Shown here in pieces: positions 15,723-25,204 of a DNA stretch of 32,000 nt; positions within the stretch are counted from its first letter, which is position 1, and each line of letters starts with the position of its first letter. A program made the position numbers and the translations under genes. Location: assembly GCF_000015585.1 (NCBI RefSeq), contig NC_008789.1, forward strand, positions 1,710,001 through 1,742,000. The letters are read 5' to 3'. Under the pieces are notes generated by a model. That model was not told where the DNA came from. It searched no databases and saw only the letters and a list, made by a program, of their open reading frames with translations. The stretch comes from Halorhodospira halophila SL1 (lineage in GTDB: Bacteria; Pseudomonadota; Gammaproteobacteria; Nitrococcales; Halorhodospiraceae).

Positions 15723-16490
15723 ATGACTAGCGCCGATCCCCTCGCGGCACTCGCCGATAACTACATCTGGATGGCTCGGGACGCCTCGGGCACCACCGCG
15801 TTCGCGGTCGACCCCGGCGACGCGGCCGTCGTCGAGGCGTGGCTGCATGACCACCAGCTGCGGCTCGCGGCGGTCCTGGTCACCCACCACCATGGGGACC
15901 ATACCGGAGGTGTAGCGGAACTCGCCGAGCGACACCGGGTACCGGTCTTCGGCCCGGCCACCGAGACGATCCCCACCGTGGATCACCCGATCACCGGCGG
16001 GGAGCACTTCTCCCTGGAGGGCTTCGGCGAATTCCGGGTGCTAGACTGCCCTGGCCATACGGCGGGGCACATCGCGTACCTCTGGGAAGGCCACCTGTTC
16101 AGCGGCGACGCCCTCTTCGCCGGGGGGTGCGGCCGGGTCTTCGAGGGGACCGCCGGGCAGATGCACGCCTCACTGCAGCATCTGGCCGCACTCCCGGCCG
16201 ACACGCGGGTCTGCTGTGGCCACGAGTACACGGTCAAGAACCTGGAATTCGCCCACTGTGCTGACCCGAAGAATGATCGGCTCGCACAACGACTCCAGGC
16301 GGCGCGCGACGCTCGCGCCGCGGGACAGCCAACCGTCCCGTCCACCCTGGCCGAAGAGCTGGCGACCAATCCCTTCCTTCGGACCGATTGCCCCGAGCTT
16401 CGCCGGGCTGCCCAGGACTGGTGCGGCAGGGATCTGGATCAGGCGTACGAGGTCTTCGCCACGCTGCGGCGCTGGAAAGACACGACCTGA
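15723..16490 (+). CDS. gloB: hydroxyacylglutathione hydrolase (glyoxalase II)
   Basis: 255 aa from ATG 15723, ALADNYIWMARD...VLVTHHHGDHTGG (metallo-beta-lactamase HxHxDH). The track ORF's 95-codon N-terminal extension is Pro/Arg junk. Confidence 0.95.
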   Translation: MTSADPLAALADNYIWMARDASGTTAFAVDPGDAAVVEAWLHDHQLRLAAVLVTHHHGDHTGGVAELAERHRVPVFGPATETIPTVDHPITGGEHFSLEGFGEFRVLDCPGHTAGHIAYLWEGHLFSGDALFAGGCGRVFEGTAGQMHASLQHLAALPADTRVCCGHEYTVKNLEFAHCADPKNDRLAQRLQAARDARAAGQPTVPSTLAEELATNPFLRTDCPELRRAAQDWCGRDLDQAYEVFATLRRWKDTT

Positions 16491-16551
16491 AACTCGGCCG
16501 CCACCGGCATCGAGCGACCAAGAACAACAACCCTGACTTGGGGGCATAACC

Positions 16552-18204
16552 GTGGACGTGAAACGGACAGCTGCCGGAGCGTTGACCGCTCTTTCTGTCA
16601 CCGCCTGCACAAGCTTTGATTCACGCACCTTTGTCCACGATCTACACGGCCCGGAGCGGAACGGGCGCGACGTACCGGTGTGGGTCCAGGATCTCGATAC
16701 CGAGACCCTGGAAACCGGGCTGGGGCGGCCGTTCGATCTGGCACCGGATTACGAGTATCAGCCCGGACACTACACACAGACCGTGCCCGACTACCCCCTC
16801 GAAGTATGGGACCGGATGCGGCAATCCTTCCAGCTGGGTACCTACGAGAACGACCGGGTCGAACGGGAGCTCGAACTCTTCTCCGGGCGGGACGCCTATT
16901 TCGACGCCGTTGGCCGTCGTGCCGAGCCGTATCTCTACTACATCCTGGACGAACTGGAAGAGCGCGATCTGCCTGCCGAGCTGATCGCTCTAGCCATCGT
17001 CGAAAGCGGATTCCGCCCCTTCGCGTACTCCCACGGCCGCGCGGCCGGTATCTGGCAGTTCATCCCGAGCACGGGCCGTTTCTTCGGCCTGGACATGAAC
17101 TACTGGTACGACGGACGGCGGGATCTGATCGCCTCCACCGACGCCGCCCTGGACTACCTGGAGCGGCTCAACGAAGCGTTCGACGGTGACTGGCTGCTCG
17201 CCATGGCCGCCTACAACGCTGGCCAGGGCAATGTGCGCGCTGCCATACAACGGGCCCGAGCCGAGGGGAAGGATCCCAACTACTGGAACCTGCAACTCCC
17301 CGCCGAGACCATGCGCTATGTTCCGCGCATCCTGGCGATCCGGGACATCCTCCAGGACCCCGAGGCCCATCAGGTCGCCCTGCCCAACATCCCGAATCAA
17401 CCACGTATCCGCGTGGTCGAGGCCGACCGCCAGATCGACCTCGCCCTGGCCGCAGAACTCGCTGATCTGTCCATCGACCGGCTCTACATCCTCAACCCCG
17501 GGCTCAACCGCTGGGCGACCGCGCCCGAGGGGCCGCACCGGCTCGTGCTGCCCAAGGAGAACGCCGACCGGTTCCAACAGGAGCTCGCCTCCATGGATCC
17601 GGAGGACTTTGTGGAGTGGCGGCGCCACGAGGTCAACTCTGGCGAGACCCTGACCCACGTCGCCAACCAGCACAACGTCACGGTGGATCTACTGCGGGAT
17701 ATCAACGGGCTTCGCGATGACACGGTTCGCGCCGGCGACCACCTCTACGTCCCGGTCTCGAGCCGCCCACCCAGCGAATACTCACTGAGCGCGGCCAACC
17801 GCCTGCAGGCCCTGCAAAACCGCGAGCGCCAGGGTGAGCGGCGTGAGCACACCGTTCAGGCCGGCGAGACCCTGTGGGACATCGCCCGCACCTACAGCGT
17901 CGGCGTCAAGGAGCTGGCACGCTGGAACGGCATGGCACCCGGCGATACCCTGCGCCGCAGCCAGGAGCTCGTGGTCTGGGTGGAAGGAGACGCCATGCAG
18001 GCCTCCGGCGGCCCTAGCGACCGCACCCAGTCGGTCACCTACACCGTCCGCCAGGGCGACTCCCTAGCCCGCATCGCCCAACGCTTCAATGTCGATGTGC
18101 GGGATATCAAGCACTGGAACGGGATTTCGGAAGGCTCTTATCTACATCCCGGGGACCAGCTGAGGCTGGAAGTCGACGTCACGCAGCAAAGCAGCAGCCT
18201 GTAG
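16552..18204 (+). CDS. mltD: membrane-bound lytic murein transglycosylase D
   Basis: Lipobox SVTAC, SLT catalytic region AIVESGFRPFAYSHGRAAGIWQFIPSTG, and three C-terminal LysM repeats (HEVNSGETL..., HTVQAGETL..., YTVRQGDSL...). It is adjacent to gloB as in E. coli. Confidence 0.9.
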   Translation: MDVKRTAAGALTALSVTACTSFDSRTFVHDLHGPERNGRDVPVWVQDLDTETLETGLGRPFDLAPDYEYQPGHYTQTVPDYPLEVWDRMRQSFQLGTYENDRVERELELFSGRDAYFDAVGRRAEPYLYYILDELEERDLPAELIALAIVESGFRPFAYSHGRAAGIWQFIPSTGRFFGLDMNYWYDGRRDLIASTDAALDYLERLNEAFDGDWLLAMAAYNAGQGNVRAAIQRARAEGKDPNYWNLQLPAETMRYVPRILAIRDILQDPEAHQVALPNIPNQPRIRVVEADRQIDLALAAELADLSIDRLYILNPGLNRWATAPEGPHRLVLPKENADRFQQELASMDPEDFVEWRRHEVNSGETLTHVANQHNVTVDLLRDINGLRDDTVRAGDHLYVPVSSRPPSEYSLSAANRLQALQNRERQGERREHTVQAGETLWDIARTYSVGVKELARWNGMAPGDTLRRSQELVVWVEGDAMQASGGPSDRTQSVTYTVRQGDSLARIAQRFNVDVRDIKHWNGISEGSYLHPGDQLRLEVDVTQQSSSL

Positions 18205-18268
18205 CAGCACGACAGGGCAGGTGATTGCCTGCAGGCCAGACGCTAGCTAGAGCTTTGAGGCTTCGGGC

Positions 18269-18299
18269 AAAACGGCGCAGCCGCCGTCAGCGCTGCGCC
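18269..18299 (-). terminator. rho-independent terminator of the min operon
   Basis: On the minus strand GGCGCAGC-N10-GCTGCGCC (8 bp) is followed by GTTTTG. The stem-loop includes the minE stop codon. Confidence 0.55.
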
Positions 18300-18568
18300 C
18301 CTTCCTCCTCACGCTCCGGGAGGGTGATGTTCAGCTCCAGAACCTCGTGTGGTCCATCGCGCTCCACGTCCACCCGAACCGCGTCCGGATCCACCGTCAC
18401 ATAACGGCGCACCACCTCGAGCAGCTCCTGGCGGAGCATGGGCAGGTAATCCGGCCCACCCCGCTCCGCTCGCTCGTGGGAGACGATGATCTGCAGCCGC
18501 TCCTTGGCGACGCTGGCGCTGCCGCGCCGGCTCCGCCGCCGCTCACGAAAGTAGTCGGCGATCCCCAT
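18287..18568 (-). CDS. minE: cell division topological specificity factor MinE
   Basis: SVAKERLQIIVSHERA...YLPMLRQELLEVVRRYV...LELNITLPE is colinear with E. coli MinE. Confidence 0.95.
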   Translation of the reverse strand: MGIADYFRERRRSRRGSASVAKERLQIIVSHERAERGGPDYLPMLRQELLEVVRRYVTVDPDAVRVDVERDGPHEVLELNITLPEREEEGAQR

Positions 18569-18576
18569 AACCTTGA

Positions 18577-19386
18577 TTAACCTCCAAACATCCGGCCGAA
18601 CAGCCCCCGACGCTCGGCCTGCAGGAACCGGTGGGGCCGATCCTCGCCCAAGAAGCGAGCGATGGCGTCGTCGTAGGCCTGCCCGGCGTCTTCTTCCTCT
18701 TCTAGGACCACCGGGATCCCGGCGTTCGAGGCATTGAGCACCGCCTGGGACTCGGGGATCACACCGAGCAGGTTGATGGCGAGGATTTCCTGGACATCCT
18801 CGACGCTGAGCATGTCACCCTTCTTCACCCGATGCGGATCGTACCGGGTCAGCAGCAGGTGTTCCCGGACCGGGTCATCCCCCTGCTCAGCCCGGCGTGT
18901 CCGGCTGGCCAGCAGCCCCAACACGCGATCCGAGTCGCGTACCGAGGAGACCTCCGGGTTGGTCACTACAATCGCGTCGTCCGCGTGGTACGAAGCAAGG
19001 TGCGCCCCGCGTTCGATACCAGCCGGCGAATCACAGATGATGTAATCGAACTCCGAACGCAGCTCTTCCAGCACGCGCTCCACCCCGTCGGCGGTCAGCG
19101 CGTCCTTGTCGCGCGTCTGCGACGCCGGCAGGATCGACAGGTTCGAAAGGCGCTTGTCCTTGATCAGGGCCTGGTTCAGCCGGGCGTCCCCATTGATGAC
19201 GTTGACGAAATCGAACACCACCCGGCGCTCGCACCCCATCACCAGATCCAGATTGCGCAGCCCGACGTCGAAATCGATCACTGCGGTCCGATGACCGGCC
19301 TTGGCGAGCCCGGCCGCCAGCGAGGCCGCTGTGGTCGTCTTGCCGACCCCGCCCTTGCCCGATGTTATGACGACAATCCTCGACAC
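18577..19386 (-). CDS. minD: septum site-determining ATPase MinD
   Basis: (V)SRIVVITSGKGGVGKTT deviant Walker A. 269 aa from GTG 19386 (GGGGGAG RBS). The track ORF's 30-codon extension overlaps minC. Confidence 0.95.
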   Translation of the reverse strand: MSRIVVITSGKGGVGKTTTAASLAAGLAKAGHRTAVIDFDVGLRNLDLVMGCERRVVFDFVNVINGDARLNQALIKDKRLSNLSILPASQTRDKDALTADGVERVLEELRSEFDYIICDSPAGIERGAHLASYHADDAIVVTNPEVSSVRDSDRVLGLLASRTRRAEQGDDPVREHLLLTRYDPHRVKKGDMLSVEDVQEILAINLLGVIPESQAVLNASNAGIPVVLEEEEDAGQAYDDAIARFLGEDRPHRFLQAERRGLFGRMFGG

Positions 19387-19405
19387 GCGTGCTCCCCCGT
19401 CGTGA

Positions 19406-20149
19406 TTACGATTTTCCGAAAGCCTCGATGCAAAGGCCCGAGTGCTCGTCCAGGTAGACGCGAGCCGGGCGCCCATTCAGCTCGGCGGCGAAGCGCTCAC
19501 TGACCTGGTATTCTCCGGCCACGGAGACCAGCTCTGCTTCCAGCCCCAGACAAAAGATACTCGCCCCGCCGTTGCCTTGCACCCCGGCCAGCGCGCGGCC
19601 TCGCAGCGCACCATAGATGTGGACGTCGCCATCGGCCAGAATCTCGGCGCCCGGCCCCACGGAACCGAGCACCACCAGGCTCCCCCCGCGGGCGTAGATC
19701 TGCTGCCCCGAACGCACGGGGTTCTCGATCACTCGCGTGGGTGCAGGCCCGGCCGGCGGTGCGGCGGCAGGGGCCTCGCGCCGTGCAGCGCGGCTGCTGC
19801 CCTGCCCGGCGGCTTCCCGATCCTCGTCGGCCGGCAATACCCCGAGTCCGGCCTCTCCCAGCCGGGTGGAAGCCACGCCGTTGCCGCGCACCGCGACCGG
19901 GGCCGCACCCAGGGCCCGCATCTCGCGGGTCAGACGCTGCAGATCTAGTCCACCGCCGTCAACCCCTTCCAGATCGAGGATCATCGGCGCCCCACGCAGC
20001 AGACGGGGCGCTTCCTCAAGCTTTTCGGTCAGCTGCCCGATCAGGGCATCGACATCGGTGGTCAGGACCCGGACCACGGTCAGCGTCGCCATGCGGCCCT
20101 TGAGTTCAAAGGCCGCCGTCGACGGCTCGTCCGGAGGTCTCGATGCCAT
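19406..20149 (-). CDS. minC: septum formation inhibitor MinC
   Basis: The N-terminal domain, a Pro/Ala-rich linker and a C-terminal beta-helix region (GQQIYARGGSLVVLGSVGPGAEILADGDVHIYGALRGRALAG) are typical of MinC. ATG 20149 lies 12 nt after the htpG stop. Confidence 0.9.
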   Translation of the reverse strand: MASRPPDEPSTAAFELKGRMATLTVVRVLTTDVDALIGQLTEKLEEAPRLLRGAPMILDLEGVDGGGLDLQRLTREMRALGAAPVAVRGNGVASTRLGEAGLGVLPADEDREAAGQGSSRAARREAPAAAPPAGPAPTRVIENPVRSGQQIYARGGSLVVLGSVGPGAEILADGDVHIYGALRGRALAGVQGNGGASIFCLGLEAELVSVAGEYQVSERFAAELNGRPARVYLDEHSGLCIEAFGKS

Positions 20150-20161
20150 CCTCACACTCCC

Positions 20162-22063
20162 CTAGCCAGCCAGGAGGTTATTAACACGTCGGACATACGC
20201 GGCTGGATCCTCCAGCTGCCCTCCCTCGGCGAGCAGCGACTGCTCGTAGAGCGTCAAGGCCCAGTCTTCGAAGCGCTGTCCCGACTCCGTCGCCAATCGC
20301 TCAATCACGGAGTGATCCGGATTAACCTCCAGCGCCGGTTGACCTGCAGGAAGCTGATGCCCGGCAGCCTGCAACAGGCGCTGCATGCCCATGCCGAAAT
20401 CGTACTCGCCGACGACCAGGCAGGCCGGCGAATCGGTCAGGCGGTGGCTGACCCGGACCTCGCTGACCCGCTCACCCAGGGTCTCACCCAGACGCTTACA
20501 GAGGTCTTCGTAGGCCTGCTCCTTCTCCTGCCGCGCCTGCTTGTCGTCCTCTTCGCCGAGGGCCTCCAGATCGAGCTCACCCTTGGCCACCGACGCCAGC
20601 TGCTTGCCATCGTACTCGTGCAGATGGGCCACCAACCACTCGTCGACGGGATCCGGGAGCAGCAGGACCTCGATGCCGTGGCGACGGAAGATCTCCAGAT
20701 GCGGGCTATTCCGCGCGGCGTTGAAGCTCTCCGCCGTTACGTAGTAGATCTTCTCCTGGCCGTCCTTCATCCGGGCGACGTAGTCGTCCAGACTGACGTC
20801 CGGCGTCTCCTTCTCTTCGTGGGTCGAGGAGAAGCGCAGCAGCCGCGCGATGCGCTCCCGGTTGCCCGGATCCTCGGCGATGCCCTCCTTGAAGACCCGC
20901 CCAAAGGCCTGCCAGAAGGTGGCGTAGTCCTCCGGCTCGTTCTTCGCCATGCACTCGAGCCGGTCGAGGATGCGCTTGACCGAGGCCGAACGCAGCGAGC
21001 TGATCATCGGGTTGTGCTGCAACATCTCCCGGGAGATGTTCAGCGGCAGATCGTCCGAGTCGATGACGCCCCGGACGAAACGCAGGTAGCGCGGCAGCAG
21101 GTGCTCCGTATCCTCGGTGATGAAGACGCGCCGCACATAGAGCTTGACCCCGTGGGCCGGCTTCTGCTCGTAGAGATCGAACGGAGGGCGCTTGGGGATG
21201 TAGAGCAACGAGACATAGGACTGGCGCCCCTCGACATGGTTGTGGATCCAGGTCAGGGGATCGTCGAAGTCGTGGGCGACGTGCTTGTACAGCTCTTGAT
21301 AATCTTCCTCGGAGATCTCGCTCTTCGGCCGCATCCACAGCGCCGAGGCGCGGTTGACGATCTCCCACTGCGGGGCCTCGGCCTCACTGTCCGCGTCATC
21401 ACCCTGGTCCGCGTTGCGCACCGGCATCTCGATGGGGACCGAGATATGGTCGGAGTACTTGCGGATGATCTGGCGCAGGCGCATGTCGTCGCAGAACTCC
21501 TGCTGCGCCTCGGGGAGGTGCAGCACCACGGCGGTGCCGCGCTCGGCGCGCTCGACGGTGTCGACGGTGTAGGCCCCCTGGCCATCAGAACTCCAGCGCA
21601 CGCCCTCAGCTGCAGCGGCGCCGGCCTTGCGGGTGTAGACCTCAACCCGGTCGGCGACCACAAAGGCCGAATAAAATCCGACACCGAACTGGCCGATCAG
21701 CTGCGCATCCTTGTGCTGATCACCCGTCAGCTGCTCAAGGAAACGGCGGGTCCCCGAGTGGGCGATGGTCCCGAGGTTTTCGATCACATCCTCGCGACTC
21801 ATGCCGATGCCGTTGTCGATCACGGTGACGGTGCGGGCCTCTGGATCGGCCTCGACGCGGATCTTGAGTTCCGGATCGTCTTCGTAGAGGGATTCCTGCT
21901 GAAGCGCCTCGAAGCGCAGCTTATCGATGGCATCCGAGGCGTTGGAGATGAGCTCGCGGAGGAAGACCTCCCGGTTCGAGTACACCGAGTGAATCATCAG
22001 GCTCAGCAGCTGCTGAACCTCGGCCTGGAATTCGAGGGTCTCGCTCTGCGTATCTGCGCTCAT
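20162..22063 (-). CDS. htpG: molecular chaperone HtpG (Hsp90)
   Basis: 633 aa, ETLEFQAEVQQLLSLMIHSVYSNREVFLRELISNASDAIDKLRF...GQFGVGFYSAF, canonical Hsp90 N-domain motifs. Confidence 0.97.
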   Translation of the reverse strand: MSADTQSETLEFQAEVQQLLSLMIHSVYSNREVFLRELISNASDAIDKLRFEALQQESLYEDDPELKIRVEADPEARTVTVIDNGIGMSREDVIENLGTIAHSGTRRFLEQLTGDQHKDAQLIGQFGVGFYSAFVVADRVEVYTRKAGAAAAEGVRWSSDGQGAYTVDTVERAERGTAVVLHLPEAQQEFCDDMRLRQIIRKYSDHISVPIEMPVRNADQGDDADSEAEAPQWEIVNRASALWMRPKSEISEEDYQELYKHVAHDFDDPLTWIHNHVEGRQSYVSLLYIPKRPPFDLYEQKPAHGVKLYVRRVFITEDTEHLLPRYLRFVRGVIDSDDLPLNISREMLQHNPMISSLRSASVKRILDRLECMAKNEPEDYATFWQAFGRVFKEGIAEDPGNRERIARLLRFSSTHEEKETPDVSLDDYVARMKDGQEKIYYVTAESFNAARNSPHLEIFRRHGIEVLLLPDPVDEWLVAHLHEYDGKQLASVAKGELDLEALGEEDDKQARQEKEQAYEDLCKRLGETLGERVSEVRVSHRLTDSPACLVVGEYDFGMGMQRLLQAAGHQLPAGQPALEVNPDHSVIERLATESGQRFEDWALTLYEQSLLAEGGQLEDPAAYVRRVNNLLAG

Positions 22064-22138
22064 GGATGGGATCCCCTGCTCCTCTCGTTGAACACGTGGG
22101 CTCGCTCGCCGGATCCCGGCGGCGGGTTGTGTCGACCG

Positions 22139-22168
22139 GATGTGGGAACGCCTGACCGGCTTTTCAAG
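22139..22168 (-). promoter_or_regulatory. sigma-32 (heat-shock) type promoter upstream of htpG
   Basis: The minus strand reads CTCCCCTTGAAA-N15-CCCACATC versus consensus CCCTTGAA-N13-17-CCCCATNT, ~75 nt upstream of the htpG ATG. Confidence 0.55.
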
Positions 22169-22190
22169 GGGAGGGTCCGCGGGAGGGCGA

Positions 22191-22670
22191 TCATCGCTGT
22201 TCCTGCGCCAGCAGCCACGCCTTGAACCGGGTCAGACTGCCTCCGGCCGTACCGGCATAGCCGCCGGCGCCCCGGCTCCCGACCACTCGATGGCACGGGA
22301 CCAGCAGGGGCAGCGGATTGGCGCGACACCCGGCGCCGACCGCCCGAGGGGATGTGCCCAGATGCCGAGCCAGCTCCCCATAGGAAACCGTCTGCCCCGG
22401 CTCCAAGGCCAGCAGCGCCTCTCTCAGGCGGGCCTGAAACGGGGAAGCAGCCGGTGCCCGGGGGAGCCGCGCCGGAGCCAACGGATCCCGCTCCCAGGCC
22501 TCCAGACAGCGCACCACGTCGTGCACCTGCCGGTCGGCCGGCCCGGACGCGGCCGTAGGCAGCCGTAACGAGATCCGGATACGGGCGACACACCCCTCGC
22601 CGTCCAGGGACACCCCCAGGAAGACACCGGCCAGCCGCGCTACCCCGTGCGGCGCCGAATCGCCGCCCAC
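22191..22670 (-). CDS. ogt: methylated-DNA--protein-cysteine methyltransferase
   Basis: Active-site PCHRVVG, preceded by SYGELARHLGTSPRAVGAGCRANPLPLLV. Start set at GTG 22670, 22 nt after the upstream stop. The longer track ORF would overlap the AHAS gene by 137 nt. The start is uncertain. Confidence 0.85.
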   Translation of the reverse strand: MGGDSAPHGVARLAGVFLGVSLDGEGCVARIRISLRLPTAASGPADRQVHDVVRCLEAWERDPLAPARLPRAPAASPFQARLREALLALEPGQTVSYGELARHLGTSPRAVGAGCRANPLPLLVPCHRVVGSRGAGGYAGTAGGSLTRFKAWLLAQEQR

Positions 22671-22692
22671 AGACCCGACCCCGGACGGCTGC

Positions 22693-24579
22693 TCAGAACA
22701 GATCCGGCGACTCGCCGTCCTCGAGCTTGGTACGCGGGCGCAGGGCCATATCCCGGCTCGGGATGTGATCGCCGGTGACCATCTCCTTGTAGCTGCTGCC
22801 CGGACCGACCATCGGGAAGACCCCCGCATCCGGATCGATCATAACCTCCAGGAAGGCGGGCCCAGGGAACTCGACAAACGCGCGCAGGGCCTCCTCGAGT
22901 TCCTCCTTGTCCGCGACGCGGCGGGCAAATTCGTAGCCATCGGCCTCGGCCGCCTTGATGAAGTCCTTGCGGTGCAGTGACTTGTCCGACCCGGAGAAGC
23001 GATCCCCGAAGTAGAGCTTCTGCCACTGCCGGACCATGCCGTCGCCGACGTTGTTCAGCGACAGGATCTTGACCGGCAGGTTGTAGGTTGTGGCTGTCTC
23101 TAGCTCACCGAGGTTCATTCGCAGCGAACCGTCGCCATCGACGTCGATGACCACCCGGTCCGGACGCCCCAGGTAGGCGCCGATGGCCGCTGGCAGCCCG
23201 AAGCCCATGGTGCCGAGTCCGCCGGAGGTGAGCCACTGCCGCGGACCGCGGAAGTCGCAGTACTGTGCCGCCCACATCTGGTGCTGCCCGACGCCGGTGG
23301 CAATGATCGCCTCGCCGGCAGTCAGTTCGTTGAGTTTTTCGAGCACGTAGTGGGGCTGGATCAGCGCGCTGTCGCGGTCGTAATCCATGGGGTGGCGCTC
23401 ACGCAGCCCGCGCACGTGCTCAAGCCAGGCATCGAAGCGGGGCTCGAAGCCCATGGATTCGCCGTAGCGCAACAGCTGGCGCAGGCTGCGCCCGGCCTCG
23501 CCGACATGCGCCCAGTCGACGCCCTTGACCTTGCCGATCTCAGCAGCATCGATGTCGATGTGGGCGATCTGCTCGGCCAGCGGCGCGAACTCCTCCACCT
23601 TACCGGCGACCCGGTCATCGAAACGGGCACCGACCGCGATGAGGAAATCACAGTCCTCCACGGCGTAGTTGGCGTAGGCCGTGCCGTGCATACCGAGCAT
23701 GCCCAGGTAAAGGTCATCGGTCGTATCCACCGCCCCCAGGCCCATCAGGGTACTGACCACGGGGATCCCGAAGGTGTGGGCGAAGTCGCGCAACTCCTGG
23801 TGGGCCTCGCCACTGACCACGCCGCCGCCGACGTAGAGCAGAGGCCGGCGGGAGCGCTCGAGCATCTCCATGAACGCCCGGCATTTGCGATCGGAGAGCT
23901 TGGCGGAGCGGAGGGATTCCATGCGCTGGCGATAGCCGCGCACCTCCAGCACCCCCTCGCCGCGGAACTCCCCGATCCAGTTCTGCATGTTCTTGGGCAC
24001 GTCGACCACCACGGGGCCCGGACGCCCGGAACGAGCCACCTCGAAGGCCGTCCGCACGGTCGCCTCAAGCTGCTCCGGATCGGTCACCAGGAAGACGTGC
24101 TTGGCGCAGCTCCCCATGATGTTGACGATGGGCGCCTCTTGGAACGCATCCGTGCCCATGGCGTGCGTCGGCACCTGCCCCGTGATGGCCACCACCGGCA
24201 CCGAATCGGCCATGCAGTCGCGGATGGGGGTGACCGTGTTGGTCGCCCCCGGCCCGGAGGTCACCAGGAAGCAGCCGACCTTGCCGGTGGCCCGGGCGTA
24301 GCCGGCTGCCATGAATCCGGCGCCCTGCTCGTTGGCCGGCACGATCAGCCGGATCGGATCCTCTTCCTCGACGGCCTGCTCTTTCCGGTGACGCTCGTTG
24401 TACTTGAAGATGGCGTCGTAGGTAGGAAGGATGGCACCGCCGCTATAGCCAAAGAGCGTATCGACCCCCTCCTGGGCCAGGACCTCGACAATAATCTCCC
24501 CGCCACTCATGGTCTTGCCGGCAAGCGGGTGGCTGGTTGCTTCAGTCTCTGCCTGGGGGTTAACGATTGCGGTATCCAT
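22693..24579 (-). CDS. acetolactate synthase (AHAS) catalytic-subunit-type ThDP enzyme, no adjacent small subunit
   Basis: 628 aa from ATG 24579 (GAGGAAA RBS). Motifs seen: GQVPTHAMGTDAFQE, GGLGTMGFGLPAAIGA, DGDGSLRMNLGELETA (ThDP/Mg motif). It has an N-terminal 23-aa extension and an acidic insertion (HRKEQAVEEEDPIRL), and reads ANEQ where AHAS usually has RHEQ. Confidence 0.88.
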   Translation of the reverse strand: MDTAIVNPQAETEATSHPLAGKTMSGGEIIVEVLAQEGVDTLFGYSGGAILPTYDAIFKYNERHRKEQAVEEEDPIRLIVPANEQGAGFMAAGYARATGKVGCFLVTSGPGATNTVTPIRDCMADSVPVVAITGQVPTHAMGTDAFQEAPIVNIMGSCAKHVFLVTDPEQLEATVRTAFEVARSGRPGPVVVDVPKNMQNWIGEFRGEGVLEVRGYRQRMESLRSAKLSDRKCRAFMEMLERSRRPLLYVGGGVVSGEAHQELRDFAHTFGIPVVSTLMGLGAVDTTDDLYLGMLGMHGTAYANYAVEDCDFLIAVGARFDDRVAGKVEEFAPLAEQIAHIDIDAAEIGKVKGVDWAHVGEAGRSLRQLLRYGESMGFEPRFDAWLEHVRGLRERHPMDYDRDSALIQPHYVLEKLNELTAGEAIIATGVGQHQMWAAQYCDFRGPRQWLTSGGLGTMGFGLPAAIGAYLGRPDRVVIDVDGDGSLRMNLGELETATTYNLPVKILSLNNVGDGMVRQWQKLYFGDRFSGSDKSLHRKDFIKAAEADGYEFARRVADKEELEEALRAFVEFPGPAFLEVMIDPDAGVFPMVGPGSSYKEMVTGDHIPSRDMALRPRTKLEDGESPDLF

Positions 24580-24762
24580 TTTCCTCACGGCTCTTCGGCC
24601 TCTCGATTGCTCCACGAACACTGCGGGGCGGACGCGCCGCCCGACGCGACCGCCGCGGGGAACGCACACCGGCGGACCTGAAATGGTACGCGCCCATATC
24701 CCTGTTCAGCAAGGACACCTCCGCCCGAGGACCAACCTAGTCGGGCCCCGCCCGGGCAGCGA

Positions 24763-25167
24763 TCACTCCGGGGCGGATTCCTCATCGAGCTGCAGTGCCA
24801 CCGAATTGATGCAGTAGCGCAGCTGAGTCGGCGGCGGACCGTCCGCAAAAACGTGCCCCAGGTGGGCATCACAGGTCGCACAGAGCACCTCCTCGCGCAC
24901 CATGCCCAGGGAGCGGTCCTCGCGGATGACCACCTGGTCGTCGTCGACGGGCGCCCAGAAACTCGGCCAGCCGGTTCCGGACTCGAACTTGGTACGGGAG
25001 GAGAACAGGGCCGAGTTGCAGCAAACGCAGCGGTACACACCGCTGCGATCACAGTGGTAGTAAGCCCCGCTGAACGGCGTCTCGGTGCTGCCCTGCCGCG
25101 TCACCGCGAACTGCTCCGGCGTGAGCACTTCCCGCCACTGCGCCTCACTCTTCTCGATCTTGGCCAC
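24763..25167 (-). CDS. msrB: peptide-methionine (R)-S-oxide reductase
   Basis: Two CxxC zinc motifs (CVCCNSALF, CATCDAHLGHVF) and the catalytic RYCINS. GTG start. Confidence 0.95.
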   Translation of the reverse strand: MAKIEKSEAQWREVLTPEQFAVTRQGSTETPFSGAYYHCDRSGVYRCVCCNSALFSSRTKFESGTGWPSFWAPVDDDQVVIREDRSLGMVREEVLCATCDAHLGHVFADGPPPTQLRYCINSVALQLDEESAPE

Positions 25168-25204
25168 ACACCACCCCTTTTCGAAAGCCAGGCAGACCCC
25201 TGAA

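Noticed and set aside
20312-22225. 637-aa ORF on the plus strand spanning the whole htpG locus
   Set aside because: It is an antisense shadow ORF of a high-GC gene. It has low-complexity Arg/Leu/Gly-rich content and no recognisable motifs, while the opposite strand encodes an unmistakable Hsp90.
24580-24762. Possible leader peptide or attenuator upstream of the AHAS gene
   Set aside because: The only small ORF there is not enriched in Val/Leu/Ile codons. The GC-rich hairpins are adequately explained as the msrB terminator region.
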